NCBI GenBank assembly: GCA_048213135.1
Contig: PS015470.1
Coordinates: 19,182-78,619 of the forward strand
Source of the DNA: Reclinomonas americana ATCC 50394
Taxonomy: Eukaryota
Direction: 5' to 3'
Length of the DNA: 59,438 nucleotides
Shown: positions 37,705 to 51,151 of the stretch, in pieces
Layout: every line of letters starts with the position of its first letter
Position numbering within the stretch: the first letter of the stretch is position 1
Program-made: the position numbers and the translations under genes
The notes under the pieces: model-generated
What the model was told of the DNA's origin: nothing
The model's database searches: none
The model's input: the letters and a program-made list of their open reading frames with translations, nothing else

Positions 37705-38560
37705 CGACTTGAACAGAGGATGCAGCCAGTCCTCGCCGAGGCCATACGGAATACCCGTGTGAACGACATGCGAGCGCACATTGTCGCGACGCGGGCGCTT
37801 GTGCACCAGCTTCTCAATCTGCGAGCATGGAGAGAGAAAGAGAGAGCTCAGTGGGACAGGCCGCGTAAACAAACACAGCACCCGAGACACACACGCAACA
37901 TCGACAATGTGCTGGTAGGCGGGATTGGTGCGGCGCTTCACTGCCAGATCCTCCGTGAACGTCTCGTCAGGGTTATCAGGATCACGAGGCACACGATCCC
38001 ACGACATGACACTGCTGCGCACAATCAGCGTCTTGTGATCCATGAACTCGGCGTTGCGCAAGACTGTGTCCCGCATGAGAAAAACTGATTTGAGATCGCC
38101 ACAAACACACACTTTATCCAACGCAACAGTTGACGCATTTCAGCGTCTCCTCTGGCCTCTCCAGCACATCATAGATGATAATGTTGGCCTCCAGCCACGC
38201 CGCCCACAGCGCCTCGTCACTGCTTCCATCCTACACACACACACACAGAACAAACCAGATGAACATGGTGCTCAACTCACTCTCTCCTCAGTCACAAGTC
38301 AACGCAACAATGAAACGCGTCACATGCGACAGCACACTGGGACTCCCCGAGCCCGCAGGCGCAGCATCAGAGGACGACGAACCAGCCGCAGCCGCAACAG
38401 CCGCAGCAGCCGCCTCCATCACAGCCGCAGTGGGCGGTGCCGTGGCCAGCGACTCGACATTGACCGTGCCAAACACCTCAATGCCCTGGTCCGCCAGCAG
38501 CTTGCTCAAGTGCCGACCCAGAAACGTGTCACACGGCGACAAAAACGCTTTCTTCACCAT
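37705..38560 (-). CDS. AK7: Adenylate kinase 7, N-terminal (SDR-like) part
   Basis: MVKKAFLSPCDTFLGRHL...IIYDVL...KTLIVRSSVMSW...IEKLV...GIPYGLGEDWLHPLFKS, ending in a phase-0 donor. This segment directly precedes 'AW' in AK7. Confidence 0.82.
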
Positions 38561-38930
38561 CACTGGGAAAAGAGAAGAGAGAAGAGAGAAGGGTAAGAAA
38601 GCAATCATAACACAGGTGCAAGAAGGAATGAGAGGAGAACGGAGGGAGAGGAGAAGGGATGAGAGGAGAAGGGAGGGAGAGGAGAAGGTGAGGGAGAGGA
38701 GAAGGGATGAGAGGAGTGAAGGAAGAGATTCAAGCGCTCTTATCGAAGCATGCAGCGGTCGACGAGAGACGTGTGTGTGTGTGTGTGCGACTGTGTGTGT
38801 GCATGTGAGAGCGAGGCTGAACGCGCTCACCGACAACCCTGCGCAGAAACAACGGCTGAGGCCAATACGGCTCGCGTGCGTGTCATCTGTCCGTCCCGCC
38901 AATTTCCACAGAGAGAGAGCTGCGCGCGCA

Positions 38931-41900
38931 ATGAAGCGGAGGCGACGATCGCGTTCTGCGACCAACGACGGCGATGGCGAGGATGACGATGGCGATGCGC
39001 CTCCTCCACCTCCGCCTCCTCCAGCAATGATGCAGGTGGATGATGCCAATGACGCGGATGAGGAGGATGAGGACGATGACAATGACGACTCCAAGGCGGC
39101 AGCGGCGATGACGACGACGACGACAACAACGACGCGGTTGAGAGCGTTGACACAGGAGCTGTTGAGCAGTGGCAAGGCGGTGACAATGGCGGCGCAGAGT
39201 GCGCTGTCGGTGGTGGGGGGCGCGGCAAAGGGTGGTGGTGAGGAGGATCCAGTCGAGGCGTTTGCGTACAGGATGGCGCGCAATAAGCATGGCTTTGCGC
39301 GGGTGGCGGAGGCGAGCGCGGCGCGCATTGTAAAGTGCGTTTGTGGTGTTTGTGTGTGTAGATGTGCATCTGCACGTCCGACACCCCACTCTCTCTTCTC
39401 TTCCTCGCACACGCACACACATAGTATCGAGTGTGCTCTCCTTCTCGCACCTCTTCTCTTTGTGTGCATGTTCGATTGAGTCCTCGCTCTCTCTCTCTCA
39501 CACACACTCACTCTCTCTCCCACACCCCCACCCGCACAGGATACTGAGCAAGCTGCATGGGACCTACGTGGGCGGGCGTGCACCGGCCACGCAGGCCGAG
39601 TGGACCGACAATATGGAGCCCGTGGTTGACTTGCTCGACAATTTGTACGAGATTGTAGTTGCGTGGTCGAACATCACAGCCACCACCAGCTGTCGCAGTC
39701 CACTCACGTTGTGTGGCGTCGTGCAGGACACGGCGTTGGATGAGGCGCAAGGGAAGCGCAAGACCGGCAAGGGTGAGAAAGCGACGTCGGCTGCCTCGTC
39801 GACGACCACCTCGCAGAAGAAGAAGCTGGGCATGGACGACCTCCGTCGCCCGGTTCTGCTGCGGCCGCAGCTGCGATGGGGCGACGTTGACAACGCCATG
39901 ACGCTGTTCGCACCGAAACTGAAGACCAAGCCGAATGCGTTGTTGTCGCTGGAGGAGACGTACGCACAGGGTGGAGTGACCGACACTCCCGACGGTCCCG
40001 CACCCGCTGCGCTGGCCAGTGTGGAGGAGTATGCGCGATCGCTTGGTGCTGTGTCGTCAGCATCGTCCGCGTCGGCGTCTCCAATGGTGGCGGGCGGGCG
40101 GAGACAGTGCGTCTCGTTGTTGCTTCTTCTATTTTTTGGGTTTTCGCACGCGAGTTGCTGAGTCGTCTTGTTGCTGTGCAGATTCCCGCACCCGTACGGA
40201 CCAGAGCTGAAAGCGCTCGACTTCACCGACGAGAGGCATCTGACTGCCACCCGTGAGCAACTGTTCCGCAAGGTCGAGGAGACCGAGTGCCAGTGGGTGT
40301 CCACGCGAGATGAGCTCGAAACCATGGCCGCAATATTGGATGGGGAGAGCGAGATCGCCATTGACTTGGAGGTTTGTAGTGTCCATGAAGTCTCTCTCGT
40401 GGTCGCATGTCGAATGTGCTCATCGTCTCGGTCTCCACAGCACCACAATTTCCGCTCCTTCACCGGTTTCCTGTGCCTCATGCAAGTCTCCACGCGGACG
40501 CAAGACTTTTTGGTGGACACTCTCGAGCTGCGCGAGGAGTTGCACATTCTCAACTCGTCGTTCACAAACCCCAACATCGTCAAGGTGTGTAGCGCTTCTG
40601 TATTGAAGGCATGGCGGCAGTCATCATTGTGCTCACATGCCAACGTGTGGATCAGGTGCTGCACGGTGCACAGTCCGACGTGATCTGGCTGCAGCGCGAT
40701 CTGGGCCTGTACCTTGTCAACATGTTTGACACGGGCCAGGCAGCTCGTATTCTCGGTGAGTCCCTCGCACGAGGAGTGCGTGCGCAGAGCTCACTGTTGG
40801 CTGACGCACTTGTGGCATGCAGAGTTTCCGAGTTTCGGCCTCGCCTTCCTGCTGAGTCACTACTGCGGTGTCGTGGCCAACAAGAAGTATCAGAAGGCCG
40901 ACTGGAGAATACGGTGCGATTTTTTTGTGTGTGAGACTGTGCATTGACCCACATCACATCACTCTTATTCTTTGCGTTGAAACAATGACAGACCGCTGCC
41001 GCAAGAAATGATTCGCTACGCCCGCGAGGACACGCACTATCTGCTGTATGTGTACGACCGGTTGCGTGCGTCGCTGGCGCAACAGGGCCAGCAGCGCGGT
41101 ATGGGCGCAGAGCTGTTGCGCCAAGTGTGGATCAAGTCGCGAGACATTTGCCTGCAAACATTCCAGCCCGACATCTTCACCGAGGACTCGTACATGAACC
41201 TGCTCGAGAAGCTCGGTGGCCGTCGACTGCGGCAGGAGCAGATCAACGTCTTCCGAGCACTGTTCAAGTGGCGCGACTTTGTCGCTCGCTTGGAGGACGA
41301 GTCAACGAGCTACGTGCTGCCGAATCTGTTGCTCATGCGGATAGCCGAGGAGGTACCGCATGACGTGGACCGATTGTGCGCCGTGGCCAAGCCCATTCCT
41401 CCGCTGCTGCAACGCTACAAACATGTAGTGATGCAAATCATACAACAGGCACTGCAAGAGAACGTTGCGTGGCGACGTGCTCGTGTGTGCGTGTGTCGTC
41501 CGTGATGTCGTGCTGACCGAGGATGTACGCAGTTTGACTTTGCGGATCAGTTCGAGGCCATTCGCTCGATGAGCCATGGTACAGTTCGATTTGCATTCAA
41601 TTTCTTTCTCGTTGTGTCTGACTGTTTGTTTCTGTAGGCGACAAGGCCAGTGGTTCGGGTGCAGGATCGTCTGCTGGTGCCACGGCGACGACGACAACCA
41701 CCACCACCACAACAACAATAGCGACAGCAGCCGCCAGTGCACCATTGTCGGCATCGGCTGGATCTGCAGCAGCAGTGACGGGTGGAGCTCGTAATGGATC
41801 ACGAGCGCGCACTGCCGCGGCATCCATGGCGGTGGACGAGCCATCGTCTCGCTCTGGTTCGTGCTTCTGTAATGTGTTTCCCACTTCTGTACCGCTACCA

Positions 41901-42835
41901 GTGTTACTCACGCACCCGCAAACAGAGTATGAGAGATATGCCAGTCAGGTGCACGAGGACGACGAAGGTGGGCGACTTCTCTTGCCTTGTGCATTTCATC
42001 GGCGCCGCTGACCTCCATCTCTGCACAGACGAAGAAATGGAGACCGACAAGTATCCATTTGAGCCGATCGAGTCGGCGTCGCGTGGCAAGGCGAGTTGTT
42101 GTTGGTCTCGTTGACCGTCGTTGATTGCATAAGCTGATCTATCGTTGTCGATGCGTCAGGCGCCGGGAATCATTGTGCGCACCACCGCCAGCAGTTCATA
42201 CTTTTCGTCACCGAATGCAGTCTACATGTTCCAGGTGCGTCTCTCTGCATTATTTCCCCCCTTCCTCTTATCTCGAGTGCACCACCTCACTGTGTTTCAT
42301 TGCAGCAGCGACAGGGCATGGGATTGCTGCCGTCGGCGAACAAGCCGAGCGCCAAGGCGATTGCTTCATCGATTGCCGATGCTTTCTCGCTGCCGTCCTT
42401 CTCGCTGTTGGATGTGCGTGTGTTTTATCTTGCTGCTGATGTCATTCCCACATGCACCGCTCACTGTGCTGCCACCACACTCAGCCACGACCATCGAGTG
42501 GCGGAGCTGGTGGCTCAGCTGCCTCGAATGCAGTCACCGGTGCCGGTTCACGGCCACAGGCGTTTATCGGCAAAGCTTCTGCGGCAGCACCAATGGAGAT
42601 GAGTGACGATGAGGAGGACGACGCTTCCGACGAGGCGCAGTCGCGCAACATTGAGGTGCCGACGCCCTCCGAGGACAGCGTTCCGCAGTCGCTGTCGGAG
42701 ATCTTTAAACTCAGGTTCGCCCCACACACATCATCATCATCTTCCTTTGCCAGGCAGGTGTGTTGTTCGTTGCGCACTCATCCGTGCACGCACATCTGCA
42801 GCAAGAAGAACCGTCGGCGGAACCGCGAGCGCAAA
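38931..42835 (+). CDS. RRP6: Exosome 3'-5' exonuclease RRP6/EXOSC10, 3' end in gap
   Basis: LRPQL...DN, [69 protein letters not shown] and an HRDC domain (WRDFVARLEDESTSYVLPN). Confidence 0.95.
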
Positions 42836-42949
42836 NNNNNNNNNNNNNNNNNNNNNNNNNNNNNNNNNNNNNNNNNNNNNNNNNNNNNNNNNNNNNNNNN
42901 NNNNNNNNNNNNNNNNNNNNNNNNNNNNNNNNNNNNNNNNNNNNNNNNN

Positions 42950-44191
42950 TCTCTCTCTCTATCACACTCCACCCCCACTCATGACTGATGAGGGTGGTCG
43001 CAGTGCGTTGATTTGCACGACGCCGGCGTCGCTGCAGAGCGTTGAGCGTGCGCAGGTGCCGTGGCTGGTGAGCGGCAACAGCCGCGAGTCACTGTATCGG
43101 TATCTGTTGAACAAGGCGCCCGGCGAGATCGGGGTGGTGCCACCGAAGCGCCTCGAGCTGCTCCTTCACCAGTCGCTGGCGCACCAGCACTCGCGGGAGG
43201 TGTATCGCACGCACGAACAAGTTGTGTCGTTGCTGGCACCGGGCACCGACTCGGCCGGTGGCGGCGGCGGCTCGAACGAGTCGTCACGCGGTGGCGTACT
43301 GCGTGCCATGAGTGCCGTGCAGCCGGTGGTGCGCCGACCGAAGCACGAATTGCGACAGCTGCTGTCGCTGGCCGTGCACTCGGACGAGGTGTGGTGTGTG
43401 CAGTTTTCGCACAATGGCCAGCTGCTGGTGTCGGCCTCGCGCGACGAGACCATTGCGGTGTTTGATGTGCAAAAGCTGCTGCATGCCGCGGCCACTGGCA
43501 CACCTCCACCGGCGCCACTCGTTCTCCGCGGACACGTCGACGAGATTTCGTTCTTGGCCTGGAGTCCGAATGATTCGCTGCTGCTCTCGTGTGCCGATGT
43601 GATCAAGTTGTGGAATCCGCTGGTATGTGTGTGCTGGGGCGAAGAAAGTGTGTCGCTTGCAGCTGACGTCATTTCCTCTCGCAGAATGGTGAGTGTGTGC
43701 GGACATTCGTCAAGCACACCAAGGGCGTGGAGGCACTAGCGTGGTGCAGTGACGGAGAGCACTTTTTCAGTGCGAGCACGGAAGAGGAGCACCGAAGCAG
43801 CGGTAGCCTCATCAAGTGGGTGAGTATAGGCGCACGGCATTGAGTAGAAAACTTGGGTGGTGAAGTCTCATCGTCGATGCCCTCGCAGAACATCAACGGC
43901 GAGATCTGCGACATTGTGGATCAGGTGCGCATTCGCGATCTCGGCATGGTGCTCGACGGAACGAGGCTGTTGGCGTTGGATGCAAACCGTGGCCTGTTGA
44001 TGTACGACCTCCGATCGTCTGGTGGCGATGAGGAGAGCGACTTGAGCAGTGCATGTACGGCGCTCGCCGAAGACAGTCAGCAGGCCATTTCGCTGTGTGT
44101 TTCGCACGACGGCGGTGCTGCACTGGTCAACATGATTGGGAGCGGAGTTTCGTTACTCCTGCCTTGGATGACAAGGGTGTTGTGTGTGTGA

Positions 44192-44232
<41 letters not shown>

Positions 44233-44730
44233 NNNNNNNNNNNNNNNNNNNNNNNNNNNNNNNNNNNNNNNNNNNNNNNNNNNTGTGTGTGTGTGTGTGA
44301 CAGGACATCGCTTTGTGGGATCTGCGTGCTGGCAGTGTCGTTCAAGTGTACCACGGGCAGAAGAACGCCATGTGGTCACTTCGATCGTGCTTTATCGGTT
44401 CGTCTCTGTCTTCCCGAAGGTGATCTGCCACCATACTACATGTGCACTCACCTGCTTCTGTATGCAGGGGACGTGGCGCCACTGGTGTTGTCGGGCTCCG
44501 AGGACTCCTCCATCTCGGTGTGGGACGCAACGGGCAAGCTTGTCGATCGTCTGCACGGACACTGCGGTGTGTTTTCTTCTCTGCAAGCATGGGTGACCGA
44601 TTCACGGAAACTAATGACAACATGCAGGGACGGTCAACATGGTGGCCTCGAATCCAACCCGACCATTCCTGTTCGCCTCTGCTTCCGACGACCACACTGT
44701 CGGCCTGTGGAACTTGGTGCCATCGCCTAG
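42950..44730 (+). CDS. WDR26: WDR26/GID7-like WD40 protein, 5' end in gap
   Basis: VPPKRLELLLHQSLAHQ, HSDEVWCVQFSHNGQLLVSASRD, VLSGSEDSSI and GH..TVNMVASNP..PFLFASASDDHTVGLW. Confidence 0.8.
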
Positions 44731-45349
44731 TGAGCCGTAGGTGTCTCGCGTGGCCTGCTGCCGCCAGTGTGCTGTATCTCTTTGTGTGTCATTTGTGTAA
44801 ATCGATTGTGTGCACTTGTGTATTTGTATATCTGCAGGCGGTGATAGACAGTGCGCTGCGTTTTATTGTTTTGCCGTGCGTGTTTGTGTGTGTGTGTGAG
44901 GTTACAAAGCAGTGGCACATGGCAAGAGATTCTGCTGCGTGAGGACTTTGATTGCGAGAGCAAGTGAGAGATTCTTGGCTTGGCCCAGTTTTCTGCATTG
45001 TATTTTCCGACAGCGTCGAGCGAACGCTACCTGCATCCTCACCGACTTCCACCTCCTGTTCCTTTTTTCACCCAAGTTGCGTTGCATGCACATCGAGCAG
45101 CGAGAGGGGTGAGAGGAGGGAGAACGGAGTGGAAGTTGCAGTTGTCTTGAGCTTTGCTTGCATTTTTTGTTTTTGTTCGCACATTTTCTGCTGCACATCG
45201 CTCTTGTTGTGCAAACCGTGCTTGCACATGTTTGTGGAGCATCGGGTTCGTTGTTCGTCGTCTGTTGCCTGGGGAATCATATTCTTCGTTTTGTGAGTAT
45301 TATTGTTGCTCATGTTGGGATTCCTCGGTTTGTTCCCAGCCGACAAGCA

Positions 45350-46435
45350 ATGGTGAGTGCTTCGCTTGCGCTGTTGTCGCCTTCCCCTGCCACACGTTTG
45401 ATCCCCTTTCTTTGCATCTGCGGCAGTCATCCTCCAAGGACACTTCACTCAGCGGCCGCACCGTGGAGGTATCTTGCCGAGTACGAATGCTGCTGCTTCA
45501 CAGTTCCGCGCACCAATTTTGCTGGCACACAGACGCACAAGACAACCACGGTGGAGACGATTCCGGAGACGGTGCCGATCGAGGAGGCCAAGAGCGCCGG
45601 TGAAAAAGTCATCGAGGCCGCCTCGGTGGCCATTGGCAAGGTCAAGTCGGCGGCCACGGCCGCCTCCGACCGGGTGAGGGAGGTGGCGCACCAAGTGTAC
45701 GACAAGGTGACGCACGCGACCGGCATTGTCAAGGACGAGGGCGCGGTAGCTGCGACCGGCACCACCGGCACCACCTCAACGACGGAGGAATCGACTGGCG
45801 AGAGCAAGGGTATCGTCACCAAGGCCAAGGAGGCCGTCGTGCATGCCGCTGAAAAGGTCAAGGATGTGACCGGCGCGGCCGTGGAGAAGACCAAGGAGCT
45901 GGCCAAGAAGGCCGTGGGTGCCTCCGACACCGAAACCACCGACACGTCCACGACTGCACCAGTGTCGGAGAAGTCCGGCCAGGCCTGGGAGGCCACCAAG
46001 CAGACGACGTCGCAGGGCGCCGGCAAGGTGTCGGAGAAGGCTGGCGAGGCGTGGGAGGGCACCAAGGATACGGCACGTGCGGCCAAGGACACGGTGGCGG
46101 AGAAGGCCATGGTGGCCAAGGATACGGTCGCGGAGAAGGCGCAAGTGGCCAAGGACACGGTGGCGGAGAAGGCGCAGACAGCCAAGGACACGACGGTGCG
46201 TGCAGCAGAGCGCGCTCGGCCGTACGCAGAAGTGGCGGCCGAGAAGACCAAGAGTGCGGGCCAGGATGTCGCCGAAGGCACGCGCAAGGGTGGCGAGCAC
46301 GTGAAACAGGGGGCGGCCGAGTTCACCGAGGGCGTGTCAAGTGCAGCCGAGAAGACCAAGAGCGCCGGACAGGATATCGTCGAGGGTGCGAAACAGGGCG
46401 CCCAGTCCACTCGCCAGTCGCGCCAGCACGTGTAA
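45350..46435 (+). CDS. LEA group 3-like hydrophilic repeat protein
   Basis: ATG-only first exon. A/K/E/T-rich ORF with tandem 11-mers AKDTVAEKAxV and repeated AAEKTKSAGQD. Confidence 0.75.
   Translation: MVSASLALLSPSPATRLIPFLCICGSHPPRTLHSAAAPWRYLAEYECCCFTVPRTNFAGTQTHKTTTVETIPETVPIEEAKSAGEKVIEAASVAIGKVKSAATAASDRVREVAHQVYDKVTHATGIVKDEGAVAATGTTGTTSTTEESTGESKGIVTKAKEAVVHAAEKVKDVTGAAVEKTKELAKKAVGASDTETTDTSTTAPVSEKSGQAWEATKQTTSQGAGKVSEKAGEAWEGTKDTARAAKDTVAEKAMVAKDTVAEKAQVAKDTVAEKAQTAKDTTVRAAERARPYAEVAAEKTKSAGQDVAEGTRKGGEHVKQGAAEFTEGVSSAAEKTKSAGQDIVEGAKQGAQSTRQSRQHV
46081..46200 (+). repeat. 33-bp tandem repeat (3-4 units) encoding AKDTVAEKAxx
   Basis: GCCAAGGAYACGGTSGCGGAGAAGGC is repeated at 33-nt spacing. 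Confidence 0.9.
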
Positions 46436-46556
46436 GCATGCTCGTCAGCCAAGCAAGTGACGACTTTTCACAATCGATGAATGCATTGATTGATTGTGTC
46501 CTGTGAGTCCGTTGTCGCTTTTTGCTTGAGAGAGAGAGAGAGAGAGGGAGGCCACG

Positions 46557-48314
46557 ATGAAGCTCGACACAGTGATGCCGTACGCCACTGGTCTGCTTGT
46601 TATGATCGCAGTGGCCGCGATTGCCGCCGCCTTTGGCTACAATCGAGGTCAGTCAGTGCACTTGTCTCTTGCAGAGAGAGAGAGAGAGAGAGAGAGACTC
46701 ACCATCAGGCCTTCATTCTTCTCTTCACACTCCCTCCTATACTCACACTCGTATTCAATGTCACAGGCGCCCACATGGCGGCAGACACGATTCGTCAACA
46801 GATTGAAGATTCTCTGAAGGAGAGCAACAATGAGGGAGAGGGCGATCAGGCGCCGCAAGAGGGCGACAAGAGCGCATTGCACGTGGCAGGCGACAAGGAT
46901 GGCGAGCTGGCACGAGCGCTCACTGATCGCATGAAGCGAATGCGAGAGCGTGGCGAAGCGTGGGCGACACATGCGGTGCGAGTGGCGCGCGAAGAGACGA
47001 GAAAGGAGCTGGAGAAGTGCAAGCAGCAACTGGAGCGCGCTCTGACTGGCTCCACCAGTGGCAGTGACAGCAAGGCTGTCCCTGGCTCGACAATCGATAA
47101 GCCGCCATCGTCAGCAGTGCCCGCGCAGTCGCTGGAAAAGGCGACGCGTTGTGGTAGTGTCGGTGAGCGCTGTCTTGTTGGTACTAGGATCGACATAGCT
47201 GCTGATTTCTGTGCGCTGCGCAGGCGAGCATGTGGATCCGTGGAAGCCACTGGCCGTAAACTGTCCGGGCGTCGCCCAGTTCCGCGGCAGTCCGCGCTAC
47301 GGTGTGGGATGATAGGTTCTGGTTGCGATTGGTGGGGAGTGTGCGCTGATATGTTCGGTTTCGATCTCGTGCAGGTGGGTGGACGGTGTGCGAGTCGGCG
47401 ATCTCGTCCATGCGCAAAGTGTACTCGATTGGCGTCGGCACCGACATTTCGTGGGATGTCGACATGATGCAATTGTACAATAGCGAGATCTGGGCGTGTT
47501 GCGTCGCGCGCGCACGATCGACGTGGTGATTCTCTTTTTTGTGCTCACGGAGCTGACTATGCAGACGATCCTACACCCGTGTCGATTGCTTTTGTGGAGA
47601 AGCAGTCGCCCAACCCTCATTTCCACTTCTTCCCACTCGGCATTGGCGCCACGAACAAGGACGATGTGGAGATGTTCCTCGACGAGGTGCGTGGTGGCGG
47701 TGGTGGGGATTGAGCGACTGTGTGCTTATGGATGAAACGTGCAGGGCCTCGACACCTCCTTCCGCCCGGGCGGCCTGAAGATCTCGAATCCGAAAAAGAC
47801 CGCCAAGATCAGCATTCGCACGCTGCAGTATCTGATGGAGAAGAACAGTTGCGATCACCAGCGATACCCGCTGTGTTTGCACGCGATTGACATGAGCGCC
47901 ACCAGATCACCGCCAAATCGACTTGTTAAAGATGGACGTGGAGGGTGAGTGGGTTGGTGGCTGCGCATGCTCGTTGGGTGCGTGCGACTGAGAACACGTA
48001 CTTTTTGCAGGCTTCGAGTTCGATATTGTCGAGGCGTGGCACAAGGTTGTCTTCTATCACCCCCACTCTCCCTCGTCTACCTCTCTCACGTACCTCTATG
48101 TGTGCAGAACGGCCGTCCACTGTGCGTCGACCAGATCCTGATCGAGTTGCATCACCGTTTCTTGCCCGTTTCCGGTGATGAACAGGAAAAGGCCGCGCAC
48201 ACCCTTGTGACACGGATGCACGAACTCGGCTATCGGCTCTTCAAGAACATCAAGAACGAAGAGTTCTCCTTCTTCTGCTGCGGAGGCTGTATGACCGGCT
48301 GCGACGCTCGATGA
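46557..48314 (+). CDS. Type II membrane FkbM/METTL24-like SAM-dependent methyltransferase
   Basis: N-terminal TM helix, then YG|GWTVC, VYSIGVGTDISWD, WA|YDPTP, IDLLKMDVEG|FEF, VDQILIELHH and GYRLF. Confidence 0.85.
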
Positions 48315-48369
48315 AGATGATTGTTTGTTGGTTTTGGTGTCGTGTCCTCGCGTCCTCTTCCAAAGATCG

Positions 48370-49717
48370 ATGGGAGGTGGTGCAAGCAACGGTGCAGGTG
48401 GCAAAGACGGTGGTGGCAGTCTGGCGTCAGGCGGCGTGCCGATCACCAGAACGCTCTCCATTCGTCCCGACGAAGACAAGCCTGTTGTGATAAAGCGTTT
48501 CGTCTTCTCTCACACACACGCACACAGACACANNNNNNNNNNNNNNNNNNNNNNNNNNNNNNNNNNNNNNNNNNNNNNNNNNNNNNNNNNNNNNNNNNNN
48601 NNNNNNNNNNNNNNNNNNNNNNNNNNNNNNNNNNNNNCTACATGTGTACACTCTCCACGCTGAGCCTCATCATCTTGTGTGGCGATCTGTGTGAGCAGTG
48701 ACCGATGAGCAACGATTCAAGATCGTCACGCGTTTCCGACAACTCAGGTGGGTCGCTCTCCCCCTCCTCCTCCTCCTCCTCCTTCTTCCTTCCTTCCCTC
48801 CTCTCTCTCTCTCTCTCTCTGATCAGTCTGCTGATGTGTGCGCGCATCAACAGCGATGGTCAACCGACATTGAGTCGCGATCGCTTATGTGCGGCGCTGG
48901 GCGGCGATCACGTGTTTGCCGGTCGTATCTTCGACGTGCTGTTGCGCTTTGGTGAGCAAGTGGCGGCCGCATCAGCTGCGGCCAAGTCGACGGGCAAGGG
49001 TACGCGCACTCTCCTCACGATAAATGATGTGTGTGTCGCTGACCATGTCACCAGGTCGCAAGGCAGCTGCACCTCCTGCACCGCCGCCACTCACGGAGCT
49101 CACAGAGGAGCACATGCTGCAGTGCTTTGCGCACATTCAGGATCCTGCGCGCACTGTGCAGTGTTGCGTTGACTGTCGCTTGCAGGCTTCTGGAGCACTA
49201 CTCATCGCCCGTCGCAGTTGTCATGGCGCTCTTTGACATGGACGGCGATGGGCGGTTGAGCGAAGACGATGCGGTTGCGTCGCTGGCCGACAAGACCGAG
49301 AGATACGGGCCCGAGGCCGTGTGGGAGGGCAGCATGCTGGCCGCCCTGCGACTGTGGATCAGCGGCATGAACGACGACGACGACGACGACGACGTGTCGT
49401 CGCCTGCCAGTGCTGGTGAGTGCGAGTCGAGGCAGCAGTTCTATATGTTTTCCATCGAGCTCACCCGGAGCACAGCCCCGGTCGACGTGGTAACCTTCCG
49501 CGACATCATGTCGCGGGCCAAGGAGAGCGAAAACGAGCGTCAACGACGCGCCTCGGCTGTCGCGTACGGCAGGTGCGTTGCTTGTTCCTCCTCGGACTGC
49601 TTTCCCTGTATTGACAACTGGAGATGCAGTGCGGAGCCTCCAGCTGCAGCAGCGAGTCGAAGACTAGCTCCACCCGAATCGCAGCGCCGATCGTCGAGAA
49701 GTCCAAGTCCACGATGA
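48370..49717 (+). CDS. Putatively myristoylated EF-hand protein (calcineurin-B/NCS-like), spans a gap
   Basis: MGGGAS start, RFRQL...FAGRIFDV and the EF-hand loop LFDMDGDGRLSEDD. Confidence 0.55.
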
Positions 49718-49770
49718 TGCAGTCGCCAACAGTGTACAAAGCGCGTCCTGTGTCGTGTCAGTTTCAACAT

Positions 49771-51151
49771 ATGGAGCTGAGAAAGCGACAAGGCGGCACT
49801 GCCGATGCCAGCATACAGCACGAGTCACAGTCTACACAAGCGCCCTACGCCTCCTGGGCGTCGCTCACCAAACTGGGCGTCGTCGATGTGATCAATCAAG
49901 TGCGTTTTGAGCGAGTGTGTGTGCGTGAGAGAGTGCGTGAGTCGCTCACATTGCACGCACGTGCGAGAGACAGGCTGAAGACGCGGCGTATGCGCTGTGT
50001 GTGGAGGAGCTGACAGTGCGCGTGCATGTGGAAGATCAACAATCACTGATCAAGATCGATATGCGCGTCGACAACTCGCGCCCTCGCCTCACTGGCGACA
50101 GCACCGATGTTTCGTGTCTGTCGGTGCTGTTGAGTGAATGAGAGAAGGTGCTCACTTGCCTTTGTGTCTCTGGTGACAGTCGCCTCGCGCCCTCGAGTTT
50201 CGATTCCCGGTCTCTGAGCTGGGCGGACCTGTCGACGACCTCACTGTGCGTTGGTCGTGGTGTTTTTCGTGCATGTTGTTGGAGTGCGAGGTGGACTCAT
50301 GCGCCAGAGCACGCAGATCAAGGTCAACGGCAAGCTCATTCGCGGGCACATTCGCATGTGCGACTCTCCTGGTTCGTGTGCTGCGGCTTCGCACTCCTTC
50401 CTGGTCGCAGCTGACTCTCCTTATCTGTTGCGCAGGCGAGCAGACGCTCGACGAGTCGCTGGCGGTGTTCCGCGCCAAGTTGGATGCGGTGGGCGACGAG
50501 CCGCAGCTGCGGATATTGGTGTCGTACACGTCGCAGTTGACCATGGACAAGGAGGTTTGCATGTGCGCGTTGGTGTTGCGCGTGACGTGGTTGCTTACGT
50601 TGTGTGTGGCGTTGCAGGATCGCTGCTTCTTCTTCCCGGTGGCGATCCTGCCCATTGAGCCCACGATCTTTCAGGTGGACGTCAGCATGCCGGGTCGCAT
50701 CACGCTGCTGAGGTACAGCTGATTTCAACCAGTGCTCGTTGCTCTCTTGCTCACACCCTGGGGTGGGGATGTGTGAACAGATCACCCACGCACGACGTGC
50801 GAGTGAACACCAATGGTCGCGATGGTGTGGCGTACCTGCAGAGTACCGCCGGCCGCGGCAATGCACAGGCAAAAGTCAAGGTGCGATGGGTACTTCCGCC
50901 TTCCACGTGCGCGCGCACACTGTTCCTCTGATCCATTGTAAGCGAGTGCAGATGTCGTCGGGGCGGCAAATCACCGTGCCGGTGGGTGCGCTGTTCGCGC
51001 TTCTCATCACTGTGGGCGAGGATGTCAAGCCGTCGTGCGCCGACCCAATGACCGTGCTAATCTTTGTCATATTCCTGGTGACGGTGGTCGGTGTGTTGCT
51101 GTACCAGTCGATGATGGAGGGAGACAGGCCGCTGATAACTCGACAATTGTA

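Noticed and set aside
42835-42950. RRP6-WDR26 fusion; likewise membrane protein-Kelch fusion at 53057-53076 and the 130-aa H2B ORF at 14462-14854
   Set aside because: The apparent continuity runs through N gaps that are too short to hold the missing gene parts, so the gap lengths are nominal.
46081-46200. CRISPR-like direct repeats
   Set aside because: These are in-frame coding repeats without unique spacers, in a eukaryotic gene with no cas genes.
45445-46452. Long antisense ORFs (also 38288-39583 and 6315-7136)
   Set aside because: They are shadows of GC-rich, repetitive sense-strand coding sequence.
50195-50215. tRNA T-loop-like GTTTCGATTCCC
   Set aside because: It lies in a coding exon (LEFRFP) and I could not build a cloverleaf around it.
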